NCBI GenBank assembly: GCA_022843945.1
Contig: JALHMR010000005.1
Coordinates: 137,716 to 201,715, forward strand
Reading direction: 5' to 3'
Source of the DNA: Rhodospirillaceae bacterium
GTDB lineage: Bacteria; Pseudomonadota; Alphaproteobacteria; CACIAM-22H2
Length of the DNA stretch: 64,000 bases
A program made the position numbers and the translations under genes. The number at the start of each line of letters is the position of its first letter. Within the stretch, counting starts at the first letter, position 1. Below, in pieces: positions 48,717 through 58,825 of the stretch. The notes under the pieces were generated by a model, which saw only the letters and a program-made list of their open reading frames with translations, had not been told where the DNA came from and ran no database searches.

Positions 48717-49397
48717 GTGAAGCCCAAACGCGGCCCCACGCGGCCCCTGCCGGCGCGCGCTTTCGGCCGGCCGCCGCGCAAGCGGGTTGGCCTCCTGGGC
48801 GGCTCGTTCAACCCGGCCCATGCCGGCCACCGCCATATCTCGGAGATGGCGCTCAAGTACCTTCATCTCGACGAGGTCTGGTGGCTGGTCTCGCCGCAGA
48901 ACCCGCTGAAATCGACCAAGGAGATGGCCCCGCTGGCCGAGCGCCTGGCCAGCGCCAATGCCTGCTGCCGCCATCCGCGGCTGCGCGCTACCGCGGTCGA
49001 GACGGCGCTGGGGACGCGCTATACCGCCGATACCCTGAAAGCGTTAAGGCACCGGTTCCCGCGCACCAAGTTCCTCTGGATCATGGGTGCCGACAACCTG
49101 CGCCAGCTCCCGCGCTGGGAAGCCTGGACATCAATATTTCACCGTCTGCCCATTGCCGTCTTTGCGCGGCCTGCCTATGATTCAAAAGCCTTAGCCGGCA
49201 AAGCGGCGTCGCGGTTCAAAAAAGCCCGCCGAAGCCTGCGATACGCAGGCCGTCTGGCTTCCCGAACCCCTCCCGCCTGGGTGTTCTTTCACTCCCGGCT
49301 GCACCCTGCCTCGGCGACCTCGATTCGCCGCGGCGAGGGACAGCCCGGATGGACGCCACCCAACGGCAACGGTCCGCGCCAGAAGCGGCGTGGTTAG
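48717..49397 (+). CDS. nadD: Nicotinate-nucleotide adenylyltransferase
   Basis: VGLLGGSFNPAHAGH is the (H/T)xGH nucleotidyltransferase motif. Confidence 0.9.
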   Translation: MKPKRGPTRPLPARAFGRPPRKRVGLLGGSFNPAHAGHRHISEMALKYLHLDEVWWLVSPQNPLKSTKEMAPLAERLASANACCRHPRLRATAVETALGTRYTADTLKALRHRFPRTKFLWIMGADNLRQLPRWEAWTSIFHRLPIAVFARPAYDSKALAGKAASRFKKARRSLRYAGRLASRTPPAWVFFHSRLHPASATSIRRGEGQPGWTPPNGNGPRQKRRG

Positions 49398-49896
49398 AGC
49401 ACCCCGACCACCACAAACCCAGGAGATTCAGATACCCAAGTCAAAAGTGCCGAGCCTAACCGCCCTTTCGGGCAGAGGGGCCAAGCGCCCCGCCGCCCGC
49501 AGGGCCACCGGACGACCCACCAAGGCGAAGCCCGCCGCGGTGAAGTTGCCCAACCCGGTCGTAACGCTGGTCGAGAGCTCCCTCGACGCGGACAAGGCCG
49601 AAGAGATCGTCACCATCGATCTCTCCTCCAAGACATCCATCGCCGACTACATGGTCATCGCCACCGGGCGCTCGCAGCGCCAGCTGGCCTCGATGGCCGA
49701 CCATCTCGTGGTGAAGCTCAAGGATCGCGGCCTGGTGCCCGTGCCTGTCGAGGGCAAGGACCAGGGCGACTGGGTGCTCATCGACGCGGGCGATGTGATC
49801 GTCCATCTGTTCCGGCCCGAAGCCCGTGCCCACTACAATCTTGAGAAGATGTGGGCGATGGACTGGCCGGCGGAGCGCGCTGCCGCCGGCGCCTAA
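49390..49896 (+). CDS. rsfS: Ribosomal silencing factor RsfS (Iojap family), with N-terminal basic extension
   Basis: ...DYMVIATGRSQRQLASMADHLVVKLK...DWVLIDAGDVIVHLF... are RsfS motifs. The start is uncertain; it overlaps the nadD stop. Confidence 0.8.
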   Translation: MVRAPRPPQTQEIQIPKSKVPSLTALSGRGAKRPAARRATGRPTKAKPAAVKLPNPVVTLVESSLDADKAEEIVTIDLSSKTSIADYMVIATGRSQRQLASMADHLVVKLKDRGLVPVPVEGKDQGDWVLIDAGDVIVHLFRPEARAHYNLEKMWAMDWPAERAAAGA

Positions 49897-49942
49897 GCAC
49901 TCCGCCAGGAGTGCGAGGCAGACCGGACGGTCGCCAGCGGCC

Positions 49943-50431
49943 ATGCGTATCACCGTGGCCGCCGTGGGACGCAGTCGCGCCGCGAAAGGCGGCGCACCGG
50001 AGCAGGCCCTGTTCGACGATTACGCCAGGCGGCTGGTCGCCCGCGGACCCGCCGGCCTGACGCTCGACCTGCGCGAGGTCGAGGAGCGGCGCAAGCTGCC
50101 CACCGAGACCCGCCGTGCCGCCGAGGCCGATCTTCTGCTCGCCCAGATTCCGAATGGCGCGACGCGCGTGGCGCTCGACGGGCGCGGCAAGACCCTGTCC
50201 AGCGAGGATTTCGCCAAGCGCCTGTCCCGCTGGCGCGACGACGGGATCGGCGACATCGCCTTCGTCATCGGCGGCGCCGACGGCCTCGACCGCCGGATCA
50301 TCGACGGCGCGGCGCTGGTCCTGTCGCTGGGGGCGATGACCTGGCCGCATCTCATGGTGCGCGCCATGCTGGCGGAGCAGATCTACCGGGCACAGTCGAT
50401 CCTGCTCGGGCACCCGTATCATCGGGGGTAG
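49943..50431 (+). CDS. rlmH: 23S rRNA (pseudouridine1915-N3)-methyltransferase RlmH
   Basis: Start trimmed to MRITVAAVGR. SPOUT-fold RlmH motifs (...VALDGRGK...IAFVIGGADGL...). Confidence 0.9.
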   Translation: MRITVAAVGRSRAAKGGAPEQALFDDYARRLVARGPAGLTLDLREVEERRKLPTETRRAAEADLLLAQIPNGATRVALDGRGKTLSSEDFAKRLSRWRDDGIGDIAFVIGGADGLDRRIIDGAALVLSLGAMTWPHLMVRAMLAEQIYRAQSILLGHPYHRG

Positions 50432-50532
50432 CCAGAACGGTCGTCACCCCGGCGAAAGCCGGGGCCCATGGTGCCACACATCACGCACTCGCCCTGGATG
50501 CCGGCTTTCGCCGGCATGACGATTGGTTTTGG

Positions 50533-50985
50533 TTACGCCGCGTGCGCCAGATCGCCGACATGGCGCCCGATCCACTGGCGCAGGGCGCTGTTCTGCATGG
50601 CGCCGCTGTGGCGCGCCACTTCACGGCCGTCGCGGAACAGGATCAGGGTCGGAATGGAACGGATGCGATGGCGCGACGCCAGCTCGCGCTCGGCGTCGGT
50701 ATCGACCTTGGCCAGCCGGAGGCGCGGCTCGAATTCCTGCGCCGCCGCCTCGAACGCCGGCGCCATCGCCCGGCAGGGGCCGCACCATTGCGCCCAGAAA
50801 TCGACGAGCAGCGGCAGGTCGGCGGCACTGGCGTGGCGCTCGAACCGCGCTGCCGTCAGCGCCAGCGGCGCGCCCGAGAACAGGGGCTTGTGGCAGGTGC
50901 CGCACTTGCCCTGCCCGCGCCGTGCAGCCGGCAGGCGGTTCTGGGTGTCGCAATGCGGACAGGGAATAAGGATCGTGTCAGCCAT
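50533..50985 (-). CDS. trxC: Thioredoxin 2 (TrxC) with N-terminal Zn-finger
   Basis: Start trimmed to MADTILIPCPHCDTQNR...CGTCHKPL (two CxxC pairs), then the WCGPC active site. Confidence 0.85.
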   Translation of the reverse strand: MADTILIPCPHCDTQNRLPAARRGQGKCGTCHKPLFSGAPLALTAARFERHASAADLPLLVDFWAQWCGPCRAMAPAFEAAAQEFEPRLRLAKVDTDAERELASRHRIRSIPTLILFRDGREVARHSGAMQNSALRQWIGRHVGDLAHAA

Positions 50986-51032
50986 CGCCTTTATATGGGC
51001 ATGGCTTGGCCGGTGTTCCAGACCGGCACCCC

Positions 51033-52091
51033 CTAGGCCAGATCGGCGATTAGCGCGTCCATCAGCGCCCCAGCCGTGCGGTGCTTGAGATTGGGTGCCA
51101 CCTGTCCCGCCCACAGCGACACCAGGTCCGTCCGCCCCGCCTTGACCGCCGCCGGCCGCAGCCGGGACATGAACCAGTTCTGCACCGGGAAGGGCGCAAT
51201 GGTGCGGAGTGTGGGCGCCACCTCGTCGGTCCAGCGGTTGCGTACGCCACGCGCCAGGCGGCCGGAGAAGGCCCGCGTCAGCATCGTGTGCTGCGCCTGG
51301 TCGCTGAACAGGATGGCGCGATGCTCCGGCGTGGTGCCGGATTCCTCGCAAGCCAGGAACGCCGTGCCTAGTTGAGCGGCCTGCGCCCCCAGGGCGAGTG
51401 CTGCCCGCACGCCGCGCCCGTCGACGATGCCGCCGGCGGCGATCACCGGCGCCTTCACCCGCGCCGCCACGATCTGGGTCAGGGCGAAGGTGCCCATCAG
51501 CTGATCCTCGGCCCGGCCCAGGAAGGAGACGCGGTGGCCGCCGGCCTCCATGCCGGTGGCCACGATCAGATCGACGCCGGCCTCGTCAAGCGCCCGTCCC
51601 TCGGCGATCGAGGTCGCCGTGCCGATGGTGACGATGCCGCGCCGCTTGCACTCGGCCATGATCTTCGGCGACGGCACGCCGAAGACGAAGCTGAAGACCG
51701 GCGGCCGCGCCTCTAAAAGCGCCTCGATCTGCGCCTCGTAGCTCTGGTGGTAGCGCTGTGGGCGTTCCGGCTTGTCCACGCCCAGCTCGCGGAAATAGGG
51801 CTCGAAGCGCCGGTAGACCGCGTCGAACTCTGCTTGCGTGAGCTGCAGCCCGCCGGGGTCGTGGTCGGAGATCCACAGGTTTAAAGCGAAGGGCTGGTTG
51901 GTCTGGGCCCGCGCCTCGCGCGTCAGCGTCGCGATCTGGTCGGGCGGCGTCACATGCGCGCCGAAGGAGCCCAGGCCGCCGGCATTGGAGACCGTGGCCA
52001 CCAGCTTGAAGGTCGACAGGCCGCCGCCGAACGGGCCCTGGATGATCGGGGTGCGGATGCCCAGGCGGCGCGTGGCTTCGGTGACGCTCAT
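51033..52091 (-). CDS. Nitronate monooxygenase (NMO/2-nitropropane dioxygenase-like, FMN-dependent)
   Basis: Start trimmed to MSVTEATRRLGIRTPIIQGPFGGGLSTFKLVATVSNAGGLGSFGA, the NMO N-terminal signature. Confidence 0.85.
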   Translation of the reverse strand: MSVTEATRRLGIRTPIIQGPFGGGLSTFKLVATVSNAGGLGSFGAHVTPPDQIATLTREARAQTNQPFALNLWISDHDPGGLQLTQAEFDAVYRRFEPYFRELGVDKPERPQRYHQSYEAQIEALLEARPPVFSFVFGVPSPKIMAECKRRGIVTIGTATSIAEGRALDEAGVDLIVATGMEAGGHRVSFLGRAEDQLMGTFALTQIVAARVKAPVIAAGGIVDGRGVRAALALGAQAAQLGTAFLACEESGTTPEHRAILFSDQAQHTMLTRAFSGRLARGVRNRWTDEVAPTLRTIAPFPVQNWFMSRLRPAAVKAGRTDLVSLWAGQVAPNLKHRTAGALMDALIADLA

Positions 52092-52207
52092 TGACGACCT
52101 CGAAATGATGGACGGCGTCACGCTAGCCGGTTTGATAACCATTGGCTATGTGGTAACTGTTGGTTACTGGGAGTTTGCGATTACCGTTCGGTAACCGGAG
52201 AGACGAG

Positions 52208-52573
52208 ATGCTGAAACGCCGCAAGAGCAAGGTGCCGCCCCCGCCGGCCGCCTGCCCGCTCACCGAATGCATGAAGCTGCTGGGCGGGGCCTGGACGCCC
52301 AACGTCATCTGGTACCTGAGCGAGAGCCCGCGCCGCTTCAGCGAGCTGCGCTCCGACATCCCGCGCATCTCCGCCAAGGTGCTGAGTGCGCGGCTGCGCG
52401 AGATGGAGGAGAAGGGCGTGGTGACACGCGAGGTCATGCCGACCTCGCCGCCCTCTACCGAGTACACGCTGACCGCGCTGGGCCGCGAGCTGCTGCCGGC
52501 CATCGAGGCTATCGCCCGTATCGGCGCCAAGCTCAAGCAGCCGCGCTGGCAGGCGCAGATGGCGGCGGAGTGA
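52208..52573 (+). CDS. HxlR-family winged-helix transcriptional regulator
   Basis: CPLTECMKLLGGAWTPNVIWYL...RRFSELRSDIPRISAKVLSARLREME is the HxlR signature. It is divergent from the NMO gene. Confidence 0.8.
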   Translation: MLKRRKSKVPPPPAACPLTECMKLLGGAWTPNVIWYLSESPRRFSELRSDIPRISAKVLSARLREMEEKGVVTREVMPTSPPSTEYTLTALGRELLPAIEAIARIGAKLKQPRWQAQMAAE

Positions 52574-52576
52574 AGT

Positions 52577-53188
52577 CTAGGGAGGAAGCTGGTTATCGTT
52601 ATCGCAGTTGGCGACGCATTTCTCGCCCAGAGACTCGTATTCCGTGCCGTTCCAGCGCCAAACCTCTTCGGTCGTGAGCGATCTCTCCGAAATTGGGGTC
52701 TGGTAGTCGGTCATGGTCACGAGCGGCGAGCCATCCGGCGCAACGTCGAAGCGCGGCCCGCCGCGCGCCGCTTGTTCTAGAACAAGGCGGACCCCTTCAT
52801 TGGTGACGTGATAGACGCGCGTTCCGATAGCCACCGCACCGGCACCCCAGATTGTAACAAAGTGCTGCGCGTCGTCATGAAGCACGAAGGCTGCAATTGC
52901 AGGATTATCGACGACCTCACGAAAGACCTTGTGGTGCTTGCACCAACGAATGCAGCTTATCTCCACGAACCGGTCGATCGATCCATCCTCCGGGGAATCG
53001 TAGATATCCAGACGATAAATGCTGCTTCCGGTGTTGAGCCTCGCCCGCAGGACGAGCAACTCAAGCCGCCGCGTGTCGATCTCGTCGAAGAGAGGAGCGT
53101 CGTCATCAGCCCTCAGCGACGGGCTTGCAAGCACGGCCAGAACCGCCAGGAGGAGTCCGGCGATAACTCGCATCAGGGCATCTCTCAC
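52577..53188 (-). CDS. Secreted hypothetical protein
   Basis: Signal peptide MRVIAGLLLAVLAVLASPSLRA; no motif. Confidence 0.5.
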   Translation of the reverse strand: MRDALMRVIAGLLLAVLAVLASPSLRADDDAPLFDEIDTRRLELLVLRARLNTGSSIYRLDIYDSPEDGSIDRFVEISCIRWCKHHKVFREVVDNPAIAAFVLHDDAQHFVTIWGAGAVAIGTRVYHVTNEGVRLVLEQAARGGPRFDVAPDGSPLVTMTDYQTPISERSLTTEEVWRWNGTEYESLGEKCVANCDNDNQLPP

Positions 53189-54054
53189 GGGTAGGGGCGC
53201 CGATAGGCTTTGCTAAGAGCCGCTATCGGATCGCTCGGATTCTGCTGCAACGCCCGGGTCGCGGCAAGCACATCGGCGGCGTAGCCGGGTTCTACTCCGC
53301 CCCGGTAGCCATTGAGGCCGCCGCTAACGTCACCCCGCAACCGGTCAATGCGCAGTTGCAGGTAGGCCGACCCCCGTTGGATGTTAGTCACCGGATCGAA
53401 TATGTGCTGATTGAAATCAGGCACCTCTCGCTGCTTGAGGACGTTCTGGTGTACGTCCTCCCAGGCCCGCTTGCTTACTTGCATTAGACCGGCCTCGCTG
53501 GATTTTGGATCCCGGTTCCGCTCCCACGGTTTGAACGAGCTTTCCTTGAAAATGACTGCGATGATCAGTTCGTCCGGCAGCTTTGAGCGGTTGTTCTCGC
53601 GAACAAGCTCCTTCACCTGCTCGTAGGTCAGCGGCTTGCCGGGTTTGGGCGGAGCGGCGGATTCCTTGTCCGGAGCTGGCGCGGCGTCGGCGCCTTTGCC
53701 TTCGGCGGGCGTAGCCGGTGGACGTTCGGCCTGGGCCACTTGCGGGTCAGCGCCACCTGGCTCCGGCGCGGCATCCTTGATCACTATGTCCTTGGGGTCG
53801 AGATGGAAGCGCGGATCGGGGTCCGGATTTTCCGGGTCGGGCGGCTCGTTGCGATATCTATCCGGCGGGATCGGCCTGCCGCCGCCGATCAGCAACTCGG
53901 CGAAGCTCGGGGGTGGAGGCGGGAATCCGGCTTCCGGGTAGAGCGGCTCCAGCCCGCGCTTGCGGCGGCTTTCGTTGAGCTGGCGCTTGGCCCGTTCCTC
54001 CTCGTCGGGGTCGTCGAGCAGCGAGATCTTCGGCCAGCGCGGGATATCGGTCAT
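53185..54054 (-). CDS. Lytic transglycosylase (SLT) domain protein with Pro-rich N-terminal region
   Basis: C-terminal ...FKESSFKPW...SSEAGLMQV...GSAYL is the SLT catalytic Glu plus AGLMQ motif. Confidence 0.7.
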   Translation of the reverse strand: MTDIPRWPKISLLDDPDEEERAKRQLNESRRKRGLEPLYPEAGFPPPPPSFAELLIGGGRPIPPDRYRNEPPDPENPDPDPRFHLDPKDIVIKDAAPEPGGADPQVAQAERPPATPAEGKGADAAPAPDKESAAPPKPGKPLTYEQVKELVRENNRSKLPDELIIAVIFKESSFKPWERNRDPKSSEAGLMQVSKRAWEDVHQNVLKQREVPDFNQHIFDPVTNIQRGSAYLQLRIDRLRGDVSGGLNGYRGGVEPGYAADVLAATRALQQNPSDPIAALSKAYRRPYP

Positions 54055-54158
54055 GGCACCCCCGTTAATACATTTTGTCTAAATGGGCGCGGTGGCCGGT
54101 TTGTCCAGAGGGTACCCCGCCCGGCGGCCAAGAATTTCTTGTAGGCATCGGAAATCGC

Positions 54159-57100
54159 TCAATGAAAATTCCGTCCTTCGGGGAAATCGTCGCGCGGGTC
54201 ACGGCCGGGGTTGCGGACCACGTCGGCGTAGGCCATGGCTTTCTCGAACTCACCGTCGGTATCGGACAGGCGGCGTAACTCCGCCGAACGGTCGACGAGC
54301 CGGTCGGCCACGATATGCGTGACCAGGCCTTCACGCTGCAGTTTGCCGCTGACCGAGAGCAGCCGGCTGTCCAGCAGCACCCGCCGGTATTTCTGGAAGA
54401 CGTGCCGCCAGACGGTGGCGTTGGCCACCCCGGTCTCGTCCTCCAGGGTGAGGAAGATGACGCCCTTGGCCGTGCCCGGCTGCTGGCGCACCAGCACCAG
54501 GCCGGTGACGGTGACCGGGCTGCCGTCCTTGATCTCGGCGAGCCTGGCGTGCGGCACCGACTGGGGAAAGCGATCGCGCAGGAACGACACTGGATGCGGA
54601 CGCAGGGTGAGATGCAGGTGGCGGTAATCCTCGATCACCTGCTGGCCGGATGACAGGGCCGGCAGGATCACCACCGGCTCCTCGGTGATCTCGCCCGGCG
54701 GGAGGTTGTGGCCGCGCGCCGACGTGGTTTCCGCCGCCTCGAACAGCGGCAGCGCGGTGTCGCTCAGCCCCTTGATCTGCCACAGCGCCTCGCGCCGGCC
54801 CAGGCCGAGCGAAGCCCAGGCATCGGCGTTAACCAGCGTTTCCAGCGCCCGCCGGGAAAGCCCGCTGCGCCGCCACGCGTCGCGCAGGGTTGAGTAGCCC
54901 TCGCCGCGATGATCGACCAGCTTCTGCGCCTCGGTTTCGCTGAAGCCCCTGATCTGGCGGAAGCCCAGCCGCAGGGCCGTGGCGCCGCTGAAGGTCTTCT
55001 CCAGGGTGCAGTCCCAGTGGCTTGAATTGGCGTCCACGGGCCGCACCTCGACCTTATGCTCGCGCGCGTCGCGGATGATCTGGGCCGGCGCATAGAAGCC
55101 CATCGGCTGGCTATTGAGCAGCGCAGCGGCGAACACCGCCGGGTAATGGCATTTCATCCAGGCCGAGACGTAGACCAGGATGGCGAAGCTCGCCGCGTGG
55201 CTTTCGGGAAAGCCGTATTCGGCGAAGCCCTCGATCTGCTTGAAGCAGCGTTCGGCGAAATCGCGCGGATAGCCGTTACGCACCATGCCGGCGATGAACT
55301 TGTCGCGATGCGTCTGGATCGTGCCGTCGCGCCGGAAGGTGGCCATCGAGCGGCGCAGCCGGTCCGCTTCTTCCGGGGAGAAGCCGGCGGCATCGATGGC
55401 GATCTGCATCGCCTGCTCCTGGAACAGCGGAATGCCCAGCGTGCGCTTGAGGATGGCCTCCAGCACCGGCGACGGGTATGAGACCGCCTCCTTGCCTTCG
55501 CGCCGCTTGAGATAGGGATGCACCATGTCGCCCTGGATCGGGCCGGGGCGCACGATGGCCACCTCGATGACCAGGTCGTAGAACTCCCGGGGCTTGAGGC
55601 GGGGCAGCATGGACATCTGCGCCCGGCTTTCGATCTGGAAGACGCCGATCGTGTCGGCGCGCTGCATCATGGCGTAGGCCTCGGGACTGTCCTGCGGCAC
55701 GCTGGCCAGCGTCAGGTCCCGGCCGTGGTGATCCTTGAGAAGTTTGAATCCGCGGCGCAGGCAGCTCAGCATGCCCAGCGCCAGGACATCGACCTTGAGC
55801 AGGCCGGCCTCCTCGAGATCGTCCTTGTCCCATTCGATGACCGTGCGCTCCTCCATCGCCGCGTTCTCGATCGGCACCAGCTCGTGGAGCGGCCTTTGGG
55901 TAATGACGAAGCCGCCGACATGCTGCGACAGGTGGCGTGGGAAGCCGATCAGCTCGGCGGCCAGGCGAAGCGCCCAGGCCAAGGTCGGATCCCGGGGATC
56001 GAGCCCCGCCTCGCGCACGAACTCGGTCTTGATCCCTTCGCGCTCCCAGCTCCAGGCCGCCTTGGCCAGGAGCTTCAGCGCATCGGGGGAGAAGCCCAGC
56101 GCCTTGCCGACATCACGCAAGGCGCTGCGCGGGCGGTAGGAGATGACCGTGGCGGCCAAGGCCGCGTGGTCGCGACCGTATTTCTTGTAGATGTACTGGA
56201 TGACCTCCTCGCGCCGCTCATGCTCGAAATCGACGTCGATATCCGGCGGCTCCTGGCGCTGGCCGGAGACGAAGCGGGCGAAGAGCAGCTCCTGCTCGGC
56301 CGGATCGACCTCGGTGATGCGCAGCACGAAGCAGACGGTCGAATTCGCCGCCGAGCCGCGGCCCTGGCAGAGGATCTCCTGGGAGCGGGCGAAGCGCACG
56401 ATGTCGTGGACGGTCAGGAAGTAAGGCGCGTAGTCGAGCGTGGCGATCAGCGCCAGTTCCTCCCTGATCTGCCGGCCCACCTTGTCGGGGATGCCCCGGG
56501 GATAGCGCCAGGCCGCGCCCTCCCAGGCCAGCCGCTCCAGTTCCTGCTGCGGTGTGCGGCCGTCGGGGACCGGGTCGACCGGGTAGCTGTAGTCGAGCTG
56601 GTCGAGCGCGAAGTTGCACTGCTCGGCGATTTCCAGCGTGCGTGACATGGCCTCGGGATAATCGCGGAACAGCGCTGCCATCTCCGCCGGTTCTTTCAGA
56701 TGCCGTTCGGCGTTGGGATAAAGCCGATAGCCGGCCTCGTGGATGGTGCAGCTCTCGCGGATGCAGGTCAGTACGTCCTGCAAGGGCCGCCGTTCGGCCG
56801 CGTGGTAATGCACGTCGTTGGTGGCGACCAGGCCGATGCCTAGCGCGTCTGCGATTTCGCCCAGCCGCCTCAGGCGAGCCGCGTCGCCGCCGCGATAAAG
56901 GTAATTCGCGGCGAGATAGAGCGTGCCCGGCATCCCCTGCAGCACCCGCAGATGCGTCACGAAGGCCTCGTCCAACGTTTCGTCCGGCATGGCGATGAGA
57001 ATCTGGCCTTCGCCGTATTGCGCGAGATCGGCGCGGTGCAGCCGGCACTGGCCTTTCTCGGCCCGGCGCTTGCCGTCGGTCAGCAGCTTCGACAGCCGGG

Positions 57101-57374
57101 CATAGGCGGCGCGGTCGCGCGGGAAGCAAAGAACGTCCGGGGCATCATCGAAGATCAGCCGGGCGCCGATGACCAGGCGGATCCCCTGCTGCCTGGCCAT
57201 GGAATGGGCGCGCACGATGCCGGCTAGCGTGTTGCGGTCGGCGATGGCCACCGCCTTGTGGCCGAGCAGCGCCGCGGTCAGCACCAGCTCCTGCGGCGTC
57301 GACGCCCCGCGCAGAAAGCTGAAATTGCTGGTGACGGCCAGTTCGGCGTAACTCACGACCTCGCTCACGCGAAC
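54159..57374 (-). CDS. dnaE2: Error-prone DNA polymerase III alpha-like subunit DnaE2 (ImuC)
   Basis: The 1370-aa track ORF was trimmed to a GTG start upstream of SEVVSYAELAVTSNFSFLRGAS (PHP domain start). Pol III alpha motifs run throughout; about 1071 aa. Confidence 0.85.
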   Translation of the reverse strand, partial: VRVSEVVSYAELAVTSNFSFLRGASTPQELVLTAALLGHKAVAIADRNTLAGIVRAHSMARQQGIRLVIGARLIFDDAPDVLCFPRDRAAYARLSKLLTDGKRRAEKGQCRLHRADLAQYGEGQILIAMPDETLDEAFVTHLRVLQGMPGTLYLAANYLYRGGDAARLRRLGEIADALGIGLVATNDVHYHAAERRPLQDVLTCIRESCTIHEAGYRLYPNAERHLKEPAEMAALFRDYPEAMSRTLEIAEQCNFALDQLDYSYPVDPVPDGRTPQQELERLAWEGAAWRYPRGIPDKVGRQIREELALIATLDYAPYFLTVHDIVRFARSQEILCQGRGSAANSTVCFVLRITEVDPAEQELLFARFVSGQRQEPPDIDVDFEHERREEVIQYIYKKYGRDHAALAATVISYRPRSALRDVGKALGFSPDALKLLAKAAWSWEREGIKTEFVREAGLDPRDPTLAWALRLAAELIGFPRHLSQHVGGFVITQRPLHELVPIENAAMEERTVIEWDKDDLEEAGLLKVDVLALGMLSCLRRGFKLLKDHHGRDLTLASVPQDSPEAYAMMQRADTIGVFQIESRAQMSMLPRLKPREFYDLVIEVAIVRPGPIQGDMVHPYLKRREGKEAVSYPSPVLEAILKRTLGIPLFQEQAMQIAIDAAGFSPEEADRLRRSMATFRRDGTIQTHRDKFIAGMVRNGYPRDFAERCFKQIEGFAEYGFPESHAASFAILVYVSAWMKCHYPAVFAAALLNSQPMGFYAPAQIIRDAREHKVEVRPVDANSSHWDCTLEKTFSGATALRLGFRQIRGFSETEAQKLVDHRGEGYSTLRDAWRRSGLSRRALETLVNADAWASLGLGRREALWQIKGLSDTALPLFEAAETTSARGHNLPPGEITEEPVVILPALSSGQQVIEDYRHLHLTLRPHPVSFLRDRFPQSVPHARLAEIKDGSPVTVTGLVLVRQQPGTAKGVIFLTLEDETGVANATVWRHVFQKYRRVLLDSRLLSVSGKLQREGLVTHIVADRLVDRSAELRRLSDTDGEFEKAMAYADVVRNPGRDPRDDFPEGRNFH

Positions 57375-58825
57375 AGCCCGTGCAGGAACCACGCGCTCTT
57401 CGCGCGATAGATCCAGAAGCGCCGTCCCTCGCCGTCCTGCAGCCAGAAATAATCGCGGACCGCGTCGGTCGCGACACCGCGCCACCATTCCGGTTCCAGC
57501 CGCTCGGGTCCGCGCGATTCGGTGACGCGATGCTCGACCCGCCGCCAGCGGAAACTGTCCGGCGCCGGGCCGCCCAGTACCTGCACGTCGATGCGCTCGG
57601 GACGCGCGAACAAGCGAACCGGCCGTGGCGGCGTCACCGGCGCGACAGGCCGCGGACGTGCCGCCCGCACCGGTGTCACAGCGCGTTCGGGGCTGTGGCT
57701 CTCCTGCAGCGCCGCGCGATAGACGGCGTGCGCGCCCAGGCGGTTCTGCAGCCGGTCGATCAGCGCCGCACGATTGCTGTCGACATCCGGCGCCGTGCTC
57801 AGGCCGGTCTGGCGCGGCACCAGGCTTTCGGTGACATAGGCTTCGAGCATCATGGTCTCGATGCCGAAGCCGGGATCGACGGTGTCGAGCTTCTCGGCGA
57901 ACAGCCGGCGCAGATGCCGAACCTCGCGCGTCGGCTGGCTGGTGCCGACGGCCAGAAACTGCGCGCTGCCATCGAGCCGGTAGAAGCCCAGCTCCAGCTG
58001 TCGCACGCCCAGCGCCTCCTTCTCCAGGGTGGCGCCGAGCGTGGTCAGAAGCTGCTCGAGTGCCGCATCGATATCGCTGCGCAGGCCGATGCCGTCGGGG
58101 AAAGACAGGCGCACGCGCCATTGCGGCGCCGGGCGGCGCGGGTTGATCGGCTCGCTCTCGATACCCAGCGTGCGGTCGAGGCGCTGCAGGGTCTCGGGGC
58201 CGAAGCGCTTGGCCAGCGGCCCGCGCGGCAACTCGAGCAGATGACCGATGCTGCGCAGGCCGAGACGCCACAGCCCGTCGGCGGTTTCGCTGGGCAGACG
58301 CAGCGCCTGGATGGGCAGCGGACGAAGTTTCCGCTCGGTCTCGCCGTTGGCCAGGATCGCCGTGTCGCCGAAACGCGCCCAGGCCCAGGCGGCACCCGGC
58401 GTGTCGGCCACGGCGACGCGCAAGGTCACGTCCCCTTGCGTCAACCGACGCTCAAGGTCGGCGGTCAACGCCGTCTCGCCATCGAAGAGATGCGCGCAGC
58501 CGGTGATCTCGAGGATCAGGCCATCGTCGCCGTCGGTGGCCGACCAGGGCGTATAGCGGCGGCACCAGTCGGCGAGCCGGCCGAGTGCGGCCGCATCGCC
58601 GGCCGTGTCGGCGGATTCGGCCTGCAGCGCCGGCACCCGGGCGCGGGCATCGGCGAGAGTCTGGTCCGTGTAGAGGCCGAGCGAAGCGGCGCGCGCGTCG
58701 AGCGCGGCGAGGCGCGGACCGCCGTTGCCCGGCGCGGTCAGCACCAGCGGGCGATCCGTCGGCTTTTGCCGTCGCCAACGATCAGTCGGCCAGTGTCGCA
58801 GCCAGACGGAGAGAAAGCGTCTCAT
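57365..58825 (-). CDS. imuB: ImuB (inactive Y-family polymerase-like protein of the mutagenesis cassette)
   Basis: Start trimmed to MRRFLSVWLRHWPTDRW. Sits between imuA and dnaE2, the canonical order. Confidence 0.8.
   Translation of the reverse strand: MRRFLSVWLRHWPTDRWRRQKPTDRPLVLTAPGNGGPRLAALDARAASLGLYTDQTLADARARVPALQAESADTAGDAAALGRLADWCRRYTPWSATDGDDGLILEITGCAHLFDGETALTADLERRLTQGDVTLRVAVADTPGAAWAWARFGDTAILANGETERKLRPLPIQALRLPSETADGLWRLGLRSIGHLLELPRGPLAKRFGPETLQRLDRTLGIESEPINPRRPAPQWRVRLSFPDGIGLRSDIDAALEQLLTTLGATLEKEALGVRQLELGFYRLDGSAQFLAVGTSQPTREVRHLRRLFAEKLDTVDPGFGIETMMLEAYVTESLVPRQTGLSTAPDVDSNRAALIDRLQNRLGAHAVYRAALQESHSPERAVTPVRAARPRPVAPVTPPRPVRLFARPERIDVQVLGGPAPDSFRWRRVEHRVTESRGPERLEPEWWRGVATDAVRDYFWLQDGEGRRFWIYRAKSAWFLHGLFA

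Noticed and set aside
54159-58271. 1370-aa ORF, as if DnaE2 carried a 300-aa N-terminal extension
   Set aside because: The extension is Arg/Ala/Gly-rich with no motif and overlaps the imuB coding region. The canonical PHP-domain start (YAELAVTSNFSFLRGAS) follows a GTG at 57374.
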